This document shows positions 1 through 11,788 of a stretch of DNA of 64,000 nucleotides, one piece after another; position 1 is the first letter of the stretch; every line of letters begins with the position of its first letter. The DNA comes from Lingula anatina. Its lineage: Eukaryota > Animalia > Brachiopoda. The DNA is taken from assembly GCA_051362555.1 (NCBI GenBank), contig CM120647.1, positions 3,782,001 to 3,846,000 of the forward strand, given 5' to 3'. The notes under the pieces were generated by a model. It worked only from the letters and a program-made list of their open reading frames with translations. It did not search any database and was not told the origin of the DNA. The translations under genes and the position numbers were made by a program.

Positions 1-1151
1 TTTGACGTCGCATTGCACCGTGTTTGGCTCTCGTCTATCTAGATTGTAGTATCTAGTTAGTTTGTCAGAAACAGGTAGCTTTGCAACGATAAAGGATCTT
101 GACAGAAGTTTCCTTGAAGTAAAATTACTAGAAGCCGTTTCACCCATCGTCAGAGGACCCACATCTACCCATGACCCAGTTTCATCGTCCAGCCTCCACA
201 AAGAAACATCTGGTTGACCGTCACTTCCTAAGGTCACATTGACCTTCTCAGGGTCAAGAAGCAGTTCTGGAGGATTTGAGAAATAGAGAGGATCGCGGTT
301 AGACGCTTCCACACTGACAGAAAATGTGCCAAAGGTACGTAAAGGCTCCCGCTCTCCTTCATCGTTGGTTGAAACAAATTCCCCTGGGGTTGTGGTCAGA
401 GCATCCATGTCTCTTAGATCCTGAAATGCCAGCACAAGCTGCGCATCCCCGTCATGTGGGTTGCCATCTTTGTCGATTAAAGATTGTTTGCCAATTTTTA
501 TTGTTCCGATTGGATCACTTTCGGAACCATTTACAGTAAACTCTTGACTTTCACTGCTGTTGAACAGCACTGGTGCCGGTCTAAGCGGAATTCGAACACT
601 TTGGGAAACCACTCTGCCTGGTTGATAGCGCAGGATCTTAACAGTTGTTAATAGGTCTCGGAAATATAGATCTTCTATTTTGACCGACAGGACATCTGTG
701 TTATCTGGGACGCGGAAATTAAACTTTCCTTTATCATCTGTACTCGCCAGCTGTTCCCCTTTAAATGAAATGATACCATACCGCAACGGAACAACTGTTG
801 TTCCAGATAAGCCGTAAATTTTGCCCCTGACGAACGCAACGATATTTTCTTTCTTACAGTCGGCGCAAGCACAAGACGTTGTTTTATAGACTTCATACGT
901 TGTACCCTCAGAGCAAGTTATGGTTAAGGATTCTGTGGTGTTGGACTGGCAGCAGAAAGAGGTCACTACGTGGTCAGAACAGGCTCCCTCCACGGTGGCG
1001 TTGGCTGGCCTGATACACGTTTGCGGCTCGCAGCCCCCAATGTCAACAGTGTTCTCCTGCACACCAGTTACATTGTTTTGATAGAAGCATCCTTCTGGTA
1101 ATTGGAGCAGGCTGGTCTTGAGATGCTTGGAACACATCTCGACGTCTAATT
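1..1151 (-). CDS. CILP: CILP-like protein, large core exon (runs off the window edge)
   Basis: Acceptor ttgcag|aattagac. Open for 383 codons: LLQLPEGC..TVDIGGC..FCCQ..CACADC..GEFVSTNDEGEREPLRTFGTFSV..SLWRLDDETGSW..YNLD. These parallel vertebrate CILP motifs (PLRTYGMFSV, LWSLNPDTGLW, FNLD). Confidence 0.85.
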
Positions 1152-1320
1152 CTGCAATGTAAGAAACGCAGGCACTTTGAGGGTGTTTTCATCGTGCTCA
1201 ACAGGGCAATTATATTCTTGCAAAGGTTCCACATTGCAGGGCATTCTAATCAGTTGTACCCCGTACCTGAACTCGAATAATGGCAGAGCTACAGTAAAAA
1301 ATGAGAAAGAGAGCACATAC

Positions 1321-1478
1321 CGTTGACTGACAAATGTCCTCCTTTGGACAAAGACTTCCCTGACAAGGATATAGCTTGGCACTGGTACGTTCCTTCATCA
1401 GAGTCCAACAAGTTATCTATGGTGATAGAGCTTCCATTAGATTGAAGTTCCCCCGGGAGTATTCTGTTGTCTTTTAAC
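1321..1478 (-). CDS. CILP: CILP-like exon, C-terminal half of the Ig domain
   Basis: ttccag|..aacg|gtatgt. Encodes (W)LKDN..SITIDNLLDSDEGTYQCQA, with the Ig DxGxYxC motif. Phases match the neighbouring exons. Confidence 0.88.
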
Positions 1479-1888
1479 CTGGAAGAAGACAAAGCCATCA
1501 AAGCTGATCCACAGAAAACGGCAATTTAGCTTATACAGGGTATTGGCTTTGACGAGCATGAAACTTTATGCTTTTTTGCATGTCTTCATTTGTGTGGGAA
1601 TTTAATATATTTGAAAGATTCGATCCCTATATACGTTGAATATATCTTGAAAATCAAGACAACCTGTGAAAAGCTGGTTATATGTTCTATCTGAACTAAA
1701 TTAGTGATAATTATCAGACTATGCCGAAATTCTTTCGTACCGACAGCTTACGACCAACCTGTATGAAGGCCTTCGTCAGACTTATTTTTGCTTGTAATTG
1801 TCAGTTATCATATATAACCATACTACCAAGTTAATGAACATATTTCTCAGTATAGACTTATTTTGTTTGTCTTTAGTCCTCAACTCAC

Positions 1889-1997
1889 CACAGGTAATTA
1901 TGTGGCGCCGGGTCTCCTGTGGCGTTGCAGCATAGAGTAACAGATTGTCCAACAAATCTGGCCTTGTCTTCTGGGTGCATGGTTATCTCCGGTGGTT
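1889..1997 (-). CDS. CILP: CILP-like exon, N-terminal half of the Ig domain
   Basis: ttccag|..ctgtg|gtgag. Encodes PPEITMHPEDKARFVGQSVTLCCNATGDPAPHNYLW, similar to CILP GQSVSLCCKATG. Confidence 0.88.
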
Positions 1998-2267
1998 CTG
2001 GAACAAAATGAAAATTCTGCTTTGGAAACAAAATATTATTTTTGAAATGGAATTTATGTATTTTATTGTTGCTGAAAAATTGGTACTCAGCTCATTAAAA
2101 AAAAAAAAAAAACAAAAACAAAATGACCTTCATTGGAATGGTCCTTTAAAAACAAAGTCAATACAAATGAAAGAAAAGAAAACGAAACGAAAAGTATAAC
2201 TGCATATGCGTGGTACAGTATTAGTTAATGGGCTTACATGTACAAAAAACAGTAATAAAAAACTTAC

Positions 2268-2579
2268 TCTTTCGCACAAGTGAAACATTGACAAAAGCAT
2301 GTGTGTCATTCTGACCCAGAGCTATCCCTCGGTTATCGTTGAACTCTGACTGCCTGAAGACAAACACCGTCCCGTTGGCACAGATTCCCTGCACGAGAAA
2401 CTGACCGTATTGGTTTGTTTTGGCTATAGGTTCCCACTGTTTGTCCTCATGGAACACACTGACGTCACCAACAGGAAGTCCTAACATGTCCGTGACCTTG
2501 CCGTGGAGAGTAGAATCTGTGCAGACGCACGTGGAACAGTCTTGTAACCTGCCGCCATTTGGACATGTTTTTGTACAAT
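2268..2579 (-). CDS. CILP: CILP-like exon, Cys-rich plus carboxypeptidase-regulatory-like domain
   Basis: tttcag|..aaga|gtaag, phase 1-1. Encodes DCTKTCPNGGRLQDCSTCVCTDSTLHGKVTD..TNQYGQFLVQGICANG. Confidence 0.85.
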
Positions 2580-2979
2580 CTGAAAGTGAATGATAATGCT
2601 TTGTAGGAAAAGGTTTACTATTTTATTTTTGCATTCCTTTTTTTGTAAGGTTATGCTAATACTATACGATAATAACTTCCTGGGTGTCATTTTCTAAGCT
2701 TTGAAGAACCACAAATCTGACGCCAACTAAATACTCTTTCAATGTAGTGGAGCAGTGTCAAGCCCCTTTTATTAAGCGCACATTAATATGAAAATATCTA
2801 AATAAGCGAAATTTGCATTTTTATTTGCAACTGTGTGAAAACGTGGAGAAATAGAGAGATTCTATATCCAATGTGACAAATATTCTACCGGACAAAATGA
2901 TAATTGTTCAAACAAATGCAACGTTTTACGAAAAATACCAATGCCAAACATAACTGCTTCTGAAGACCTCGGCGTAATC

Positions 2980-3190
2980 AATCAGAACTGCTATTACTAA
3001 TCTGGGCACAGCCAATTTGAACTGCTAATACTGAGTTGGTAATTGCCAATCAAAACGGCAACTTCTACTGACCTGGGCATAAGCAATCAGAGCTGCTGTA
3101 ACTGGCTTGAACAAATCAAAACTGTTATTTCTACTGAACTGGTCATAACCAATCAGAACTGCTAATACTGACCTGGGCATGACCAATCAG
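2980..3190. repeat. Degenerate minisatellite, about 6 units of 29-37 bp
   Basis: Recurrent aatcagaactgcta(a/t)tactgacctgggca..cc. The last unit overlaps the TSP1 exon end and its splice donor. Confidence 0.8.
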
Positions 3191-3349
3191 CACACGCTCT
3201 GCTCTCTGAAGAAGGGCCAGAGCAGTTTAGTCCTCCATCAAGTGGCGCTGGGTCGGTACACGAACGCTGACGAGTTTCTTCGCCGCCGCCACACGTCTTT
3301 GAACAAGGTGACCAAGGGTCCCAACGAGACCACTGCCCGTCGATCGGAC
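3173..3349 (-). CDS. CILP: Thrombospondin type-1 repeat exon (TSP1 #5)
   Basis: 177 nt, phase 1-1, tatag|..ccag|gtcagt. Encodes GPIDGQWSRWDPWSPCSKTCGGGEETRQRSCTDPAPLDGGLNCSGPSSESRACADWSCP. Confidence 0.88.
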
Positions 3350-4506
3350 CTATATAGGAAAATAAAATACAGAATAGATAATAAAAATGTGTTGAAGATC
3401 ATGTGTTTGGATTCTATATGGAAGCTGACCATTTATAAAGGGACGGGAATTAAGGGTATTTACAAATTTATGTTTCTAAAATGTTGATCCAAAGGCAGAT
3501 TACACGCTTTTTACATCAAAGTGTATTCTTTCCTCATTATCACTTCTTAAAATATGAGGGGCGCAAGTGGGTTTGTGCTTAATTATATTTATTGTTAGCG
3601 TGGGAAATAGGGATATGTTCATTCTTTTAGTCAAATTCTGATTTTCTATTTCCAAGTCAACCAATCTTTATCTTCAAGTGAATGATTTTAGACCAAAAAT
3701 AAAGGTTGGCATTTGCAGCATGAGGCCTTGTGCACAGTAAAGGGTTCAAACTAATGAGCATGCGAAAAAAGCGCGCTGTTTGAAATAAACAAGTTTTGAA
3801 TTTGACAAAGCCTGCCTGTGCTTACCTTCTGATTGATTTGATCTAATTTGCTCTATGATGTCGTTTTGAGAAGGTATATTGGAAATGTCCTGTTTATTTT
3901 TTTGTATTAAAAGATAAATCCAGCACTTTCCGGAGAGTAACGTGTATTTTGCACTCATTATTCGGGGATTCCTATTGTATTTATAGTGTTATACGTGACT
4001 CCAAGGGGATCCCCCCACCCACTCTTGATAAATAAAAATGCTCCACGTGGCAGATTAAAAATGATAATGCATTTAAAATCGTTGAAAGGTTAATTGCAAG
4101 TAATGCTGTGAGGATGTTCTTATGCGTGGGCAAAATTGGCCAATTATAATTTAAAGCGAGGCAATGGTACCTTACAATACCTGAACGACAGAATTTGTAA
4201 GCTTGAGCTGATTTCAATTTAGCTCTAAAAATTATATTTTCAGATCAACTTGACAAGGTCATAGTTTGGCATACATCAAAAGGCTTCTTGTTTAATATTG
4301 GGATATTCAATAATAATAAATATAAAACATACGATAAAATTAGTTCCAATGCGAGACCTTTATAAATTAGCTTAATTGATATTTTGTAGAATTTGGAGTC
4401 TAAAAGTTCCAGAGTTGTCTGGTATTCACATCGAGGCACGATGTTTTGTTCATGTGCTCTCATGCACAGCCTCAGGTATACTGCACGTGTATGCACATGT
4501 ACTTAC

Positions 4507-4692
4507 CCAATTGCTCCGTACACGCCCAGTTGGCGCATGTTCTACTCTCAGAGGCAGGGCCAAAGCAATCCTGTCCGCCTTTTTGAGGAGCTGGTGCTGT
4601 ACACGTGCGGCGCCGATATTGTTCACCACTGTCACATGACTTCGTGCACGTGGACCACGGATCCCAGCGTGACCATCTGCCGTCGATTATTT
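4507..4692 (-). CDS. CILP: TSP1 repeat exon (#4)
   Basis: 186 nt, phase 1-1, tttcag|..ttgg|gtaagt. Encodes IIDGRWSRWDPWSTCTKSCDSGEQYRRRTCTAPAPQKGGQDCFG. Confidence 0.88.
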
Positions 4693-4937
4693 CTGAAAAC
4701 GTCGTAGGATTTATTTAAGTCATTGTTGAACATATTTTAAATTGCCATTTCATTGTCGAATCGTAATGATACAATGTAAGCTACCGGGTATATATAATTT
4801 CTGCACATGCTCCTCAGACGGTTAAGGTATTCAAAGTACGAGGTCCAAAAATAGTGCTTTTGATCTAAATGTTGACACTTTTAGATAACGTCTCTGCCCA
4901 TACCTGTACAAATATTTATAGTTCTATCCATAAATAC

Positions 4938-5081
4938 CTTGACAAGGTCTATCATAACATAGCTTTGTTTCATTGTTGGGTCCAGAGCAGTTAAGTCCGC
5001 CATGTTGATCGCAGTTACGTTGACGTGTCTGCACGCCGGTACCACAAGTACTGGAACATTCTGACCATTGACTCCAGTCAA
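4938..5081 (-). CDS. CILP: TSP1 repeat exon (#3)
   Basis: 144 nt, phase 1-1. Encodes DWSQWSECSSTCGTGVQTRQRNCDQHGGLNCSGPNNETKLCYDRPCQ. Confidence 0.87.
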
Positions 5082-7108
5082 CTACAGAAGAACAAGACAT
5101 CAATATTGTCCAGCAAGGTGCAGTTTTCGAGATTGCAATGCTTTATGGTTTCTGACAGGGATTGTGATCATCAACATACCAAAATGAGGGTTTTCATGCA
5201 TCCAGTTATTCAATTATGAATCTACATTTTGATTACTCATAAACAATAAACCCCCCTCAAAAATATAAAATATCGGTAGCCATATTTTTCATTGATAAGC
5301 ATAAGCACCTCGTAGCAGTCACTGTCAATTTGACAACGTTCAATTTCGAGGTGAGATTGCAATAGATATGGGCTGTAAATTCATCCCTGAACAAGATCTT
5401 ATCAAGTGTATGGGCTTTAATTCCATGCCGTGTTTTTTATTTGTCGTGCAGTTATAAAGCAGTGGAGTTATAAAACAGCGTTTGCAGGCTCTCAGGTAAA
5501 GAAGAATTGAGTATGTAATCTTTATCCCAAGATCCCAATTATGACGCCATCGGGAAATGATATGTGTGTAAATATATGCAAAGTAATATAGTAAGTCAAT
5601 ACGGAATATCCATCTATTATCCAAACCATGATCTTAAAAGATAGGTTCAGATCAACTGGCAAATTACCATCTGGGACCCCGATACCGGTAGAATACTCTA
5701 GCGCTTTGTAAAAGACCAGCCAAGGGACAGAGGGCAATGTCTCGTGAAAATTAAAGCAGACTATGAACGGTTTAATAACTTCAGAAAATGTAGTATTGTA
5801 AAGTAAAGAAGGGAACAGATGTATAGTTTTAAAGAGCCAATGATTTCTATGACGCGCTGACAAATCAATCTTACAATATTAGAACAAACGACCCAGCATA
5901 TCAAAAGCAGCTTGAAGATGAACCTGAGTAAAGATGGCCAAATGGGACGAAGCTTTCTACGAAGATTATTGCTTTGGGTGTTCCAAAACTGTGTGCACTT
6001 CTACAGTTCCAAAACATTGTAAGAAACAGCAGAAAAGGAAACATGAGCGAGAACAATCTGCAGCGAACAAAAAAGCTCAAAAGTGTGTGAGTCTGAATTA
6101 AAAAGCTAGACCACAGGAATAAAGTTACTGGTGGACGTTCTTGTGTTCAAACTCTTTCCAGAAAGAATCTGCTTGCAAGTGGTGGTCTTCTGGTCCATTT
6201 TCAATTTGAAAGAAAGAGTAGAGCAGAAATGAAAGGAAGGTGGAAATGGGCTGGCTGTTCTGAAGAGGTGAAAGCAGTGCAAAAACTAGAAGGAGACTTT
6301 CTTGCAAGTGTTGAATCTGAAAAGAAACTGAAAAGGAGCTCAAGAAAAAAAGCTTGTTAAACTCTTGCAGTTTTGGAGAGATGTAAAGACCATAATGGCC
6401 CACTGACTGCAAAGAGACTAGACATATTATAAACAGCTTTGTTGTTTTATTGTTTTCTTCAACTCAAAAGGCACAGTTGCATAGATATCTGTATTTTTGT
6501 ACACAAAATATGTGATTTGAGGGGGAATTTGGATTCTGTTATTCACGTACCGATCAATTCAAGATTTAGAGAATTAAAAACCAGGACCATCGCCTCATAT
6601 TATTTCTATTATAATATATTTCTAAACTCTGGCTGGAATGTATAGCATCCCAAATGTTTTAAATACGATCAGTCTTGATATCATAAAGGAGATTAAATTC
6701 ACCTAAGACCACTTTATCTAATTATGGAGAGAAAAAGAGACGATTCTAAATCCAGTCAAGACTATCGGTGAAAGCAAACAATTTGCTCAACAGGTCTGTG
6801 ACGATATTTTTAGGGAGTGTTGTCCCATCCTGATTTAGCAAATGCACTTTTTGACTAAAAGAAAGCTACCGTGATTTACAAGATGGTATCTACAAGTTCG
6901 TAATTTCGGAATTTCCTTGATATTACAGACAAGCATTATTATTGAATGAAACATGAATGTTATAAACTATTGTGGTTCGTAGCTATGGTGTATATTAAGA
7001 TAAATTATATTACATTATAAAGGATGCCGTTAAGAATTGAGGTGTAGCATTCAAGGTATTTTAATTCTCCCGATAATTGGTTTCTCCGAACGTGTTCTGT
7101 ATACCTAC

Positions 7109-7294
7109 CTGATCCCGGAGCACACGCTTCGTTGGAACAGGGTCGACTTTCCAATGGTGAACCAGAACAGTTCAATCCACCATTTTGTGGCACTGGGTCG
7201 GAGCAAGTTCTCTGTCGAGTTTGCACACCGTCGCCACACGTCTCTGTACACGTGGTCCAGACACTCCACGCCGACCATTGGCCGTCGATTGCTA
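7109..7294 (-). CDS. CILP: TSP1 repeat exon (#2, tandem-duplicated copy)
   Basis: 186 nt, CAGTAG (NAGNAG) acceptor, cag|gtaggt donor. Encodes AIDGQWSAWSVWTTCTETCGDGVQTRQRTCSDPVPQNGGLNCSG. Confidence 0.85.
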
Positions 7295-9215
7295 CTGAAT
7301 TATATGTAATATAGTGAATTAATGTTCAACGGGTATTGTTTTGTTAAAAGACAAACACTTGAATATATGGCTAGTATATAAGGACCGTAACTGTGACTAC
7401 ATTTGCGTAGTAATAAAAGACACTAGTCCAGTAAACGAACAAATTTTTCCCATTAGAGTTGGAAAAATGTTATCGAAGGTCTCTTAACTGAATCCAGTCC
7501 AGTTTGGGCCATTGTAAACCAAATAATTTCCAACCGGAATCTACCGATAGCAAATGAGCAAAAATCCAAAAAGGCCGCCAATGCATAGGGGAGTGTGTTT
7601 AAGTGGCCACATCAAACATTTTTAAGTTACCCAGTTTCCATTATATGCAATTAAAAACCTTCTCCAATGCATTGGCCATACATAATTTCGGAATTCTATT
7701 CATGCTGTTGTTTAATTGATGATATTCATGATCAACTGCGTTCGATATGCTATGGTGTATATTAAGATAAATTATATTATATTATAAAGGATGCCGTTAA
7801 GAATTGAGGTGTATCATTCAAGGTATTTTCATTCTCCAGATAAATTGTAGCAAAAAATTAAAGCAGACTATGAGCGGTTTAATAACTTCAGAAAAATGTA
7901 GTATTGTAAGGAAAATAAGGGAACAGATGTATAGTTTTAAAGAGCCAATGATTTCAATGACGCACTGACAAATCAATCTTACAATATTAGAACAAACGAC
8001 CCAGCATATCAGAAGCAGCTTGAAGATGAACCTGAGTAAAGATGGCCAAATGGGACGAAGCTTTCTACGAAGATTATTGCTTTGGGTGTTCCAAAACTGT
8101 GTGCACTTCTACAGTTCCAAAACATTGTAAGAAACAGCAGAAAAGGAAACATGAGCGAGAACAATCTGCAGCGAACAAAAAAGCTCAAAAGTGTGTGAGT
8201 CTGAATTAAAAAGCTAGACCACAGGAATAAAGTTACTGGTGGACGTTCTTGTGTTCAAACTCTTTCCAGAAAGAATCTGCTTGCAAGTGGTGGTCTTCTG
8301 GTCCATTTTCAATTTGAAAGAAAGAGTAGAGCAGAAATGAAAGGAAGGTGGAAATGGGCTGGCTGTTCTGAAGAGGTGAAAGCAGTGCAAAAACTAGAAG
8401 GAGACTTTCTTGCAAGTGTTGAATCTGAAAAGAAACTGAAAAGGAGCTCAAGAAAAAATCTTGTAAAACTCTTGCAGTTTTGGAGAGATGTAAAGACCAT
8501 AATGGCCCATTGACTGCAAAGAGACAAGACATATTTTAAACAGCTTTGTTGTTTTATTGTTTTCTTCAACTCAAAAGCCACAGTTGCATAGATATCTGTA
8601 TTTTTATACACAAAATATGTGATTTGAGGGAGAATTTGGATTCTGTAATTCACGCACCGATCAATTCAAGATTTAAAGAGTTAAAAACCAGGACCATCGC
8701 CTCATACTATTTCTATTATAATATATTTCTAAACTCTGGCTGGAATGTATAGCATCCCAAATGTTTTAAATACGATCAGTCTTGATATCATAAAGGAGAT
8801 TAAATTCACCTAAGACCACTTTATCTAATTATGGAGAGAAAAAGAGACGATTCTAAATCCAGTCAAGACTATCGGTGAAAGCAAACAATTTGCTCAATAG
8901 GTCTGTGACGATATTTTTAGGGAGTGTTGTCCCATCCTGATTTAGCAAATGCACTTTTTGACTAAAAGAAAGCTACCGTGATTTACAAGTTGGTATCTAC
9001 AAGTTCGTAATTTCGGAATTTCCTTGATATTAGAGACAAGCATTATTATTGAATGAAACATGAATGTTATAAACTATTGTGGTTCATAGTTATGGTGTAT
9101 ATTAAGATAAATTATATTATATTATAAAGGATGCCGTTAAGAATTGAGGTGTAGCATTCAAGGTATTTTAATTCTCCCGATAATTGGTTTCTCCGAACAT
9201 GTTCTGTATACCTAC

Positions 9216-9401
9216 CTGATCCCGGAGCACACGCTTCGTTGGAACAGGGTCGACTTTCCAATGATGAACCAGAACAGTTCAATCCACCATTTTGTGGCAC
9301 TGGGTCGGAGCAAGTTCTTTGTCGAGTTTGCACACCGCCGCCACACGTCTCTGTACACGTGGTCCAGACACTCCACGCCGACCATTGGCCGTCGATTGCT
9401 A
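9216..9401 (-). CDS. CILP: TSP1 repeat exon (#1, tandem-duplicated copy)
   Basis: Copy of 7109-7294 at +2107 nt with 3 substitutions. Splice sites intact. Confidence 0.85.
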
Positions 9402-10021
9402 CTGAATTATATGTAATATAGTGAATTAATATTCAACGGGTATTGTTTTGTTAAAAGACAAACACGTGAATATATGGCTAGTATATAAGGACCGTTACTG
9501 TGACTACATTTGCGTAGTAATAAAAGACATTAGTCCAGTAAACGAACAAATTTTTCCCATTAGAGTTGGAAAAATGTTATCGAAGGTCTCTTAACTGAAT
9601 CCAGTCCAGTTTGGGCCATTATAACCCAAATAATTTCCCACCGGAATCTACCCATAGCAAATGAGCAAAAATCCAAAAAGGCCGCCAGTGCATATGAAAG
9701 TGTGTTTAAGTGGCCACATCAAACATTTTTAAGTTACCCAGTTTCCATGATATGCAATTAAAAACCTTCTCCTATGCATTGGCCATAAATAAATTCGGAA
9801 TTATATTCATGCTGTTGTTTAATTGATGATATTCATGGTCAACTGCGTTCGATATGATTTACTGATTGATTGATTATCAGCATGAAATACGGAGTTTTAG
9901 GTCCCTAATATCATCGACGCATTATTTAATTGCTAAAACTAAGTCAAACAAAATCAGCTGTAAAATAAAAGAATTTTATAACAGAGCAGTTCCTTTTATG
10001 CAATTTGACAATGATATTTAC

Positions 10022-10396
10022 CACGAGTAGCATTATCCTTGATACCAGTTCTTGCGTCATCTGTTCCTTGGGGAGCTATGACAAACACACCAATTAACGT
10101 GAGTGCCAGGCCAATAGCTGCTAACAGCAGAACAACGCCGACAGCAATGGCGTTAAGTCTCCCTCTTCCGTGTTGCTTTATTGCTACTATATCCGAAGGA
10201 GGCGTAGAGTGTTCTACATAGCTCGGCCGTTTTATATGGCCGTAGATTGGTTGGGTTTGTTTGCCGGTTTGTTCGAGCTGCTCGTAGGTAGGATCATCCG
10301 AGGAGTTCTCGTGGGCACTGGTTTCCGTTTGATGTGCAGCATAAGTAGGATTCAGGTAATACGCACCGGCATGTTTGCCTTCTATATATTTGCCAC
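10022..10396 (-). CDS. N-terminal exon of the CILP-like gene: Tyr-motif tail plus transmembrane/signal-anchor helix
   Basis: 375 nt, phase 1-1, ctaag|..cgtg|gtaaat. Open frame GKYIEG..YLNPTY..DDPTYEQLEQTGKQTQPIYGHI..RGRLNAIAVGVVLLLAAIGLALTLIGVFVIAP. Joins TSP1 #1 in frame. Confidence 0.75.
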
Positions 10397-10437
10397 CTTA
10401 GAGAAACGTGATCAAAAGTTATTAAAAATAAATGTGA

Positions 10438-10438
<1 letters not shown>

Positions 10439-10494
<56 letters not shown>
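10439..10494. repeat. (AAT)n microsatellite
   Basis: Perfect trinucleotide run. Confidence 0.95.
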
Positions 10495-10495
<1 letters not shown>

Positions 10496-10529
10496 TTTTG
10501 AATAATAATTCAATAAAACAAAATAGTAA

Positions 10530-11727
10530 TTTTCAACTCAAGATCAAATGCTCGCATTGAAAATTTGTTTCTTTATGGAATACTAATCCAAGAGGTCAAC
10601 AACTTCATGTATCTATGTCTCCTTTTAAACCGATCAGGAAGCTTTACAGAAACCCAAAGTAACCTCATGCAAGGTGCTACAAAGGCATTCTTCAGTCTGT
10701 CCACATCTCTTACGCTTTAATTTTAACCTTGAATGAGAAATTATTTGATACCCTCATTTCCCCAATCCTAACATACTGCTCAGAGATATAGGGCTACTCT
10801 GAGTAAACGGATAACTGCCCTACAGAAAAATTACAAAAACATTTTGTTATTAAATTCTTGGCCTCCATCAAAATGTATCAAACTGTGGTGTATACACTGA
10901 ACTTGGCCGTCTTCTTCTCTATACCACAAAACAGACTGCTTCAAAAGAGCTATGGTGTAGAATTATTCAAATGTATTATGATACATTAATGAAACAAGCA
11001 TACGTACACGAGATAAATAGTTACAAATTGCTGACACCGTATGTTCCACCTGCAGTCCACACCCTTGGACCGGCTTGTATGTTGTGGTCTGACGGGATCC
11101 GAAAACTCCTTTTCACATATATTTGGCATTGGGGATGTGTGGCTTAGCCAGTCACCTCCAAAAAATTTCACCACAATTTTTAAACAAAGACAAATCGACT
11201 GCTATGCCCAAATATGTAATAGTAAACTTCAAGCCAACAGTAAAACAGCTATCTTCCGTATACTTAACCAATTTGAAAGGGCAACTTATGTTGATAAAAT
11301 AACAAATTATAGCACTCTATCAACCCTTGCTAAGCTACGTCATATCTACCATAAATTCCACATTGAAACTGGGTGGCACCCCAGACCAAAAACTGAAAGG
11401 TGTGACAGAATCTGTAGCCTTTGTACCCAAGGGGTAATTGAAGATGAATACCATTTTCTATTCCAATGCCCAATGTATAAAGCAGACCGAGACACCTTTT
11501 TAAGTAAAATCTCAACCCTAAAAGCTGATACAAGATCACCAGACAGTCAACTTTGCCAAGTTATTAACAGCGCAGGCAAAGATATTTTAGTCTCCCTTTC
11601 CAATTTTAAGGAAAAAAGAAGTGGTTGCTCTGCTTGGTAACTCTTAGCGTATTGAAAATACGGAATCGGGGTTATTGCATGTCTATTGTTTATTTATTTA
11701 TTATTTATTTATTTATTTATTTATTTT
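10530..11727 (+). mobile_element. 5'-truncated, decayed non-LTR retrotransposon (RTE-X-like) 3' fragment
   Basis: EKLFDTLISPILTYCSEI*G..IETGWH..RICSLCTQGVIEDEYHFLFQC matches the C-terminus of the 46.5-50.3 kb LINE. Ends in (TTTA)n. Confidence 0.8.
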
Positions 11728-11788
11728 AATTGTGTACAAATGCTCCGGACTGTTGAGCACTCTGTTCCACACTCACGCTTGTTATATA

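Larger units (their letters stand above)
5747..9856. repeat. Tandem segmental duplication (5747-7749 and 7854-9856, offset 2107 bp)
   Basis: Near-identical colinear blocks of about 2 kb, each carrying one TSP1 exon. About 100 bp of filler separates them. Confidence 0.95.

Noticed and set aside
1289-1320. Apparent 32-nt GT-AG micro-intron in the CILP-like gene
   Set aside because: Using it leads to a stop at 1146. The acceptor at 1152 gives the continuous CILP frame.
2980-3190. CRISPR-like periodic repeats
   Set aside because: Units are head-to-tail and degenerate with no unique spacers or cas genes, and the context is a eukaryotic intron.
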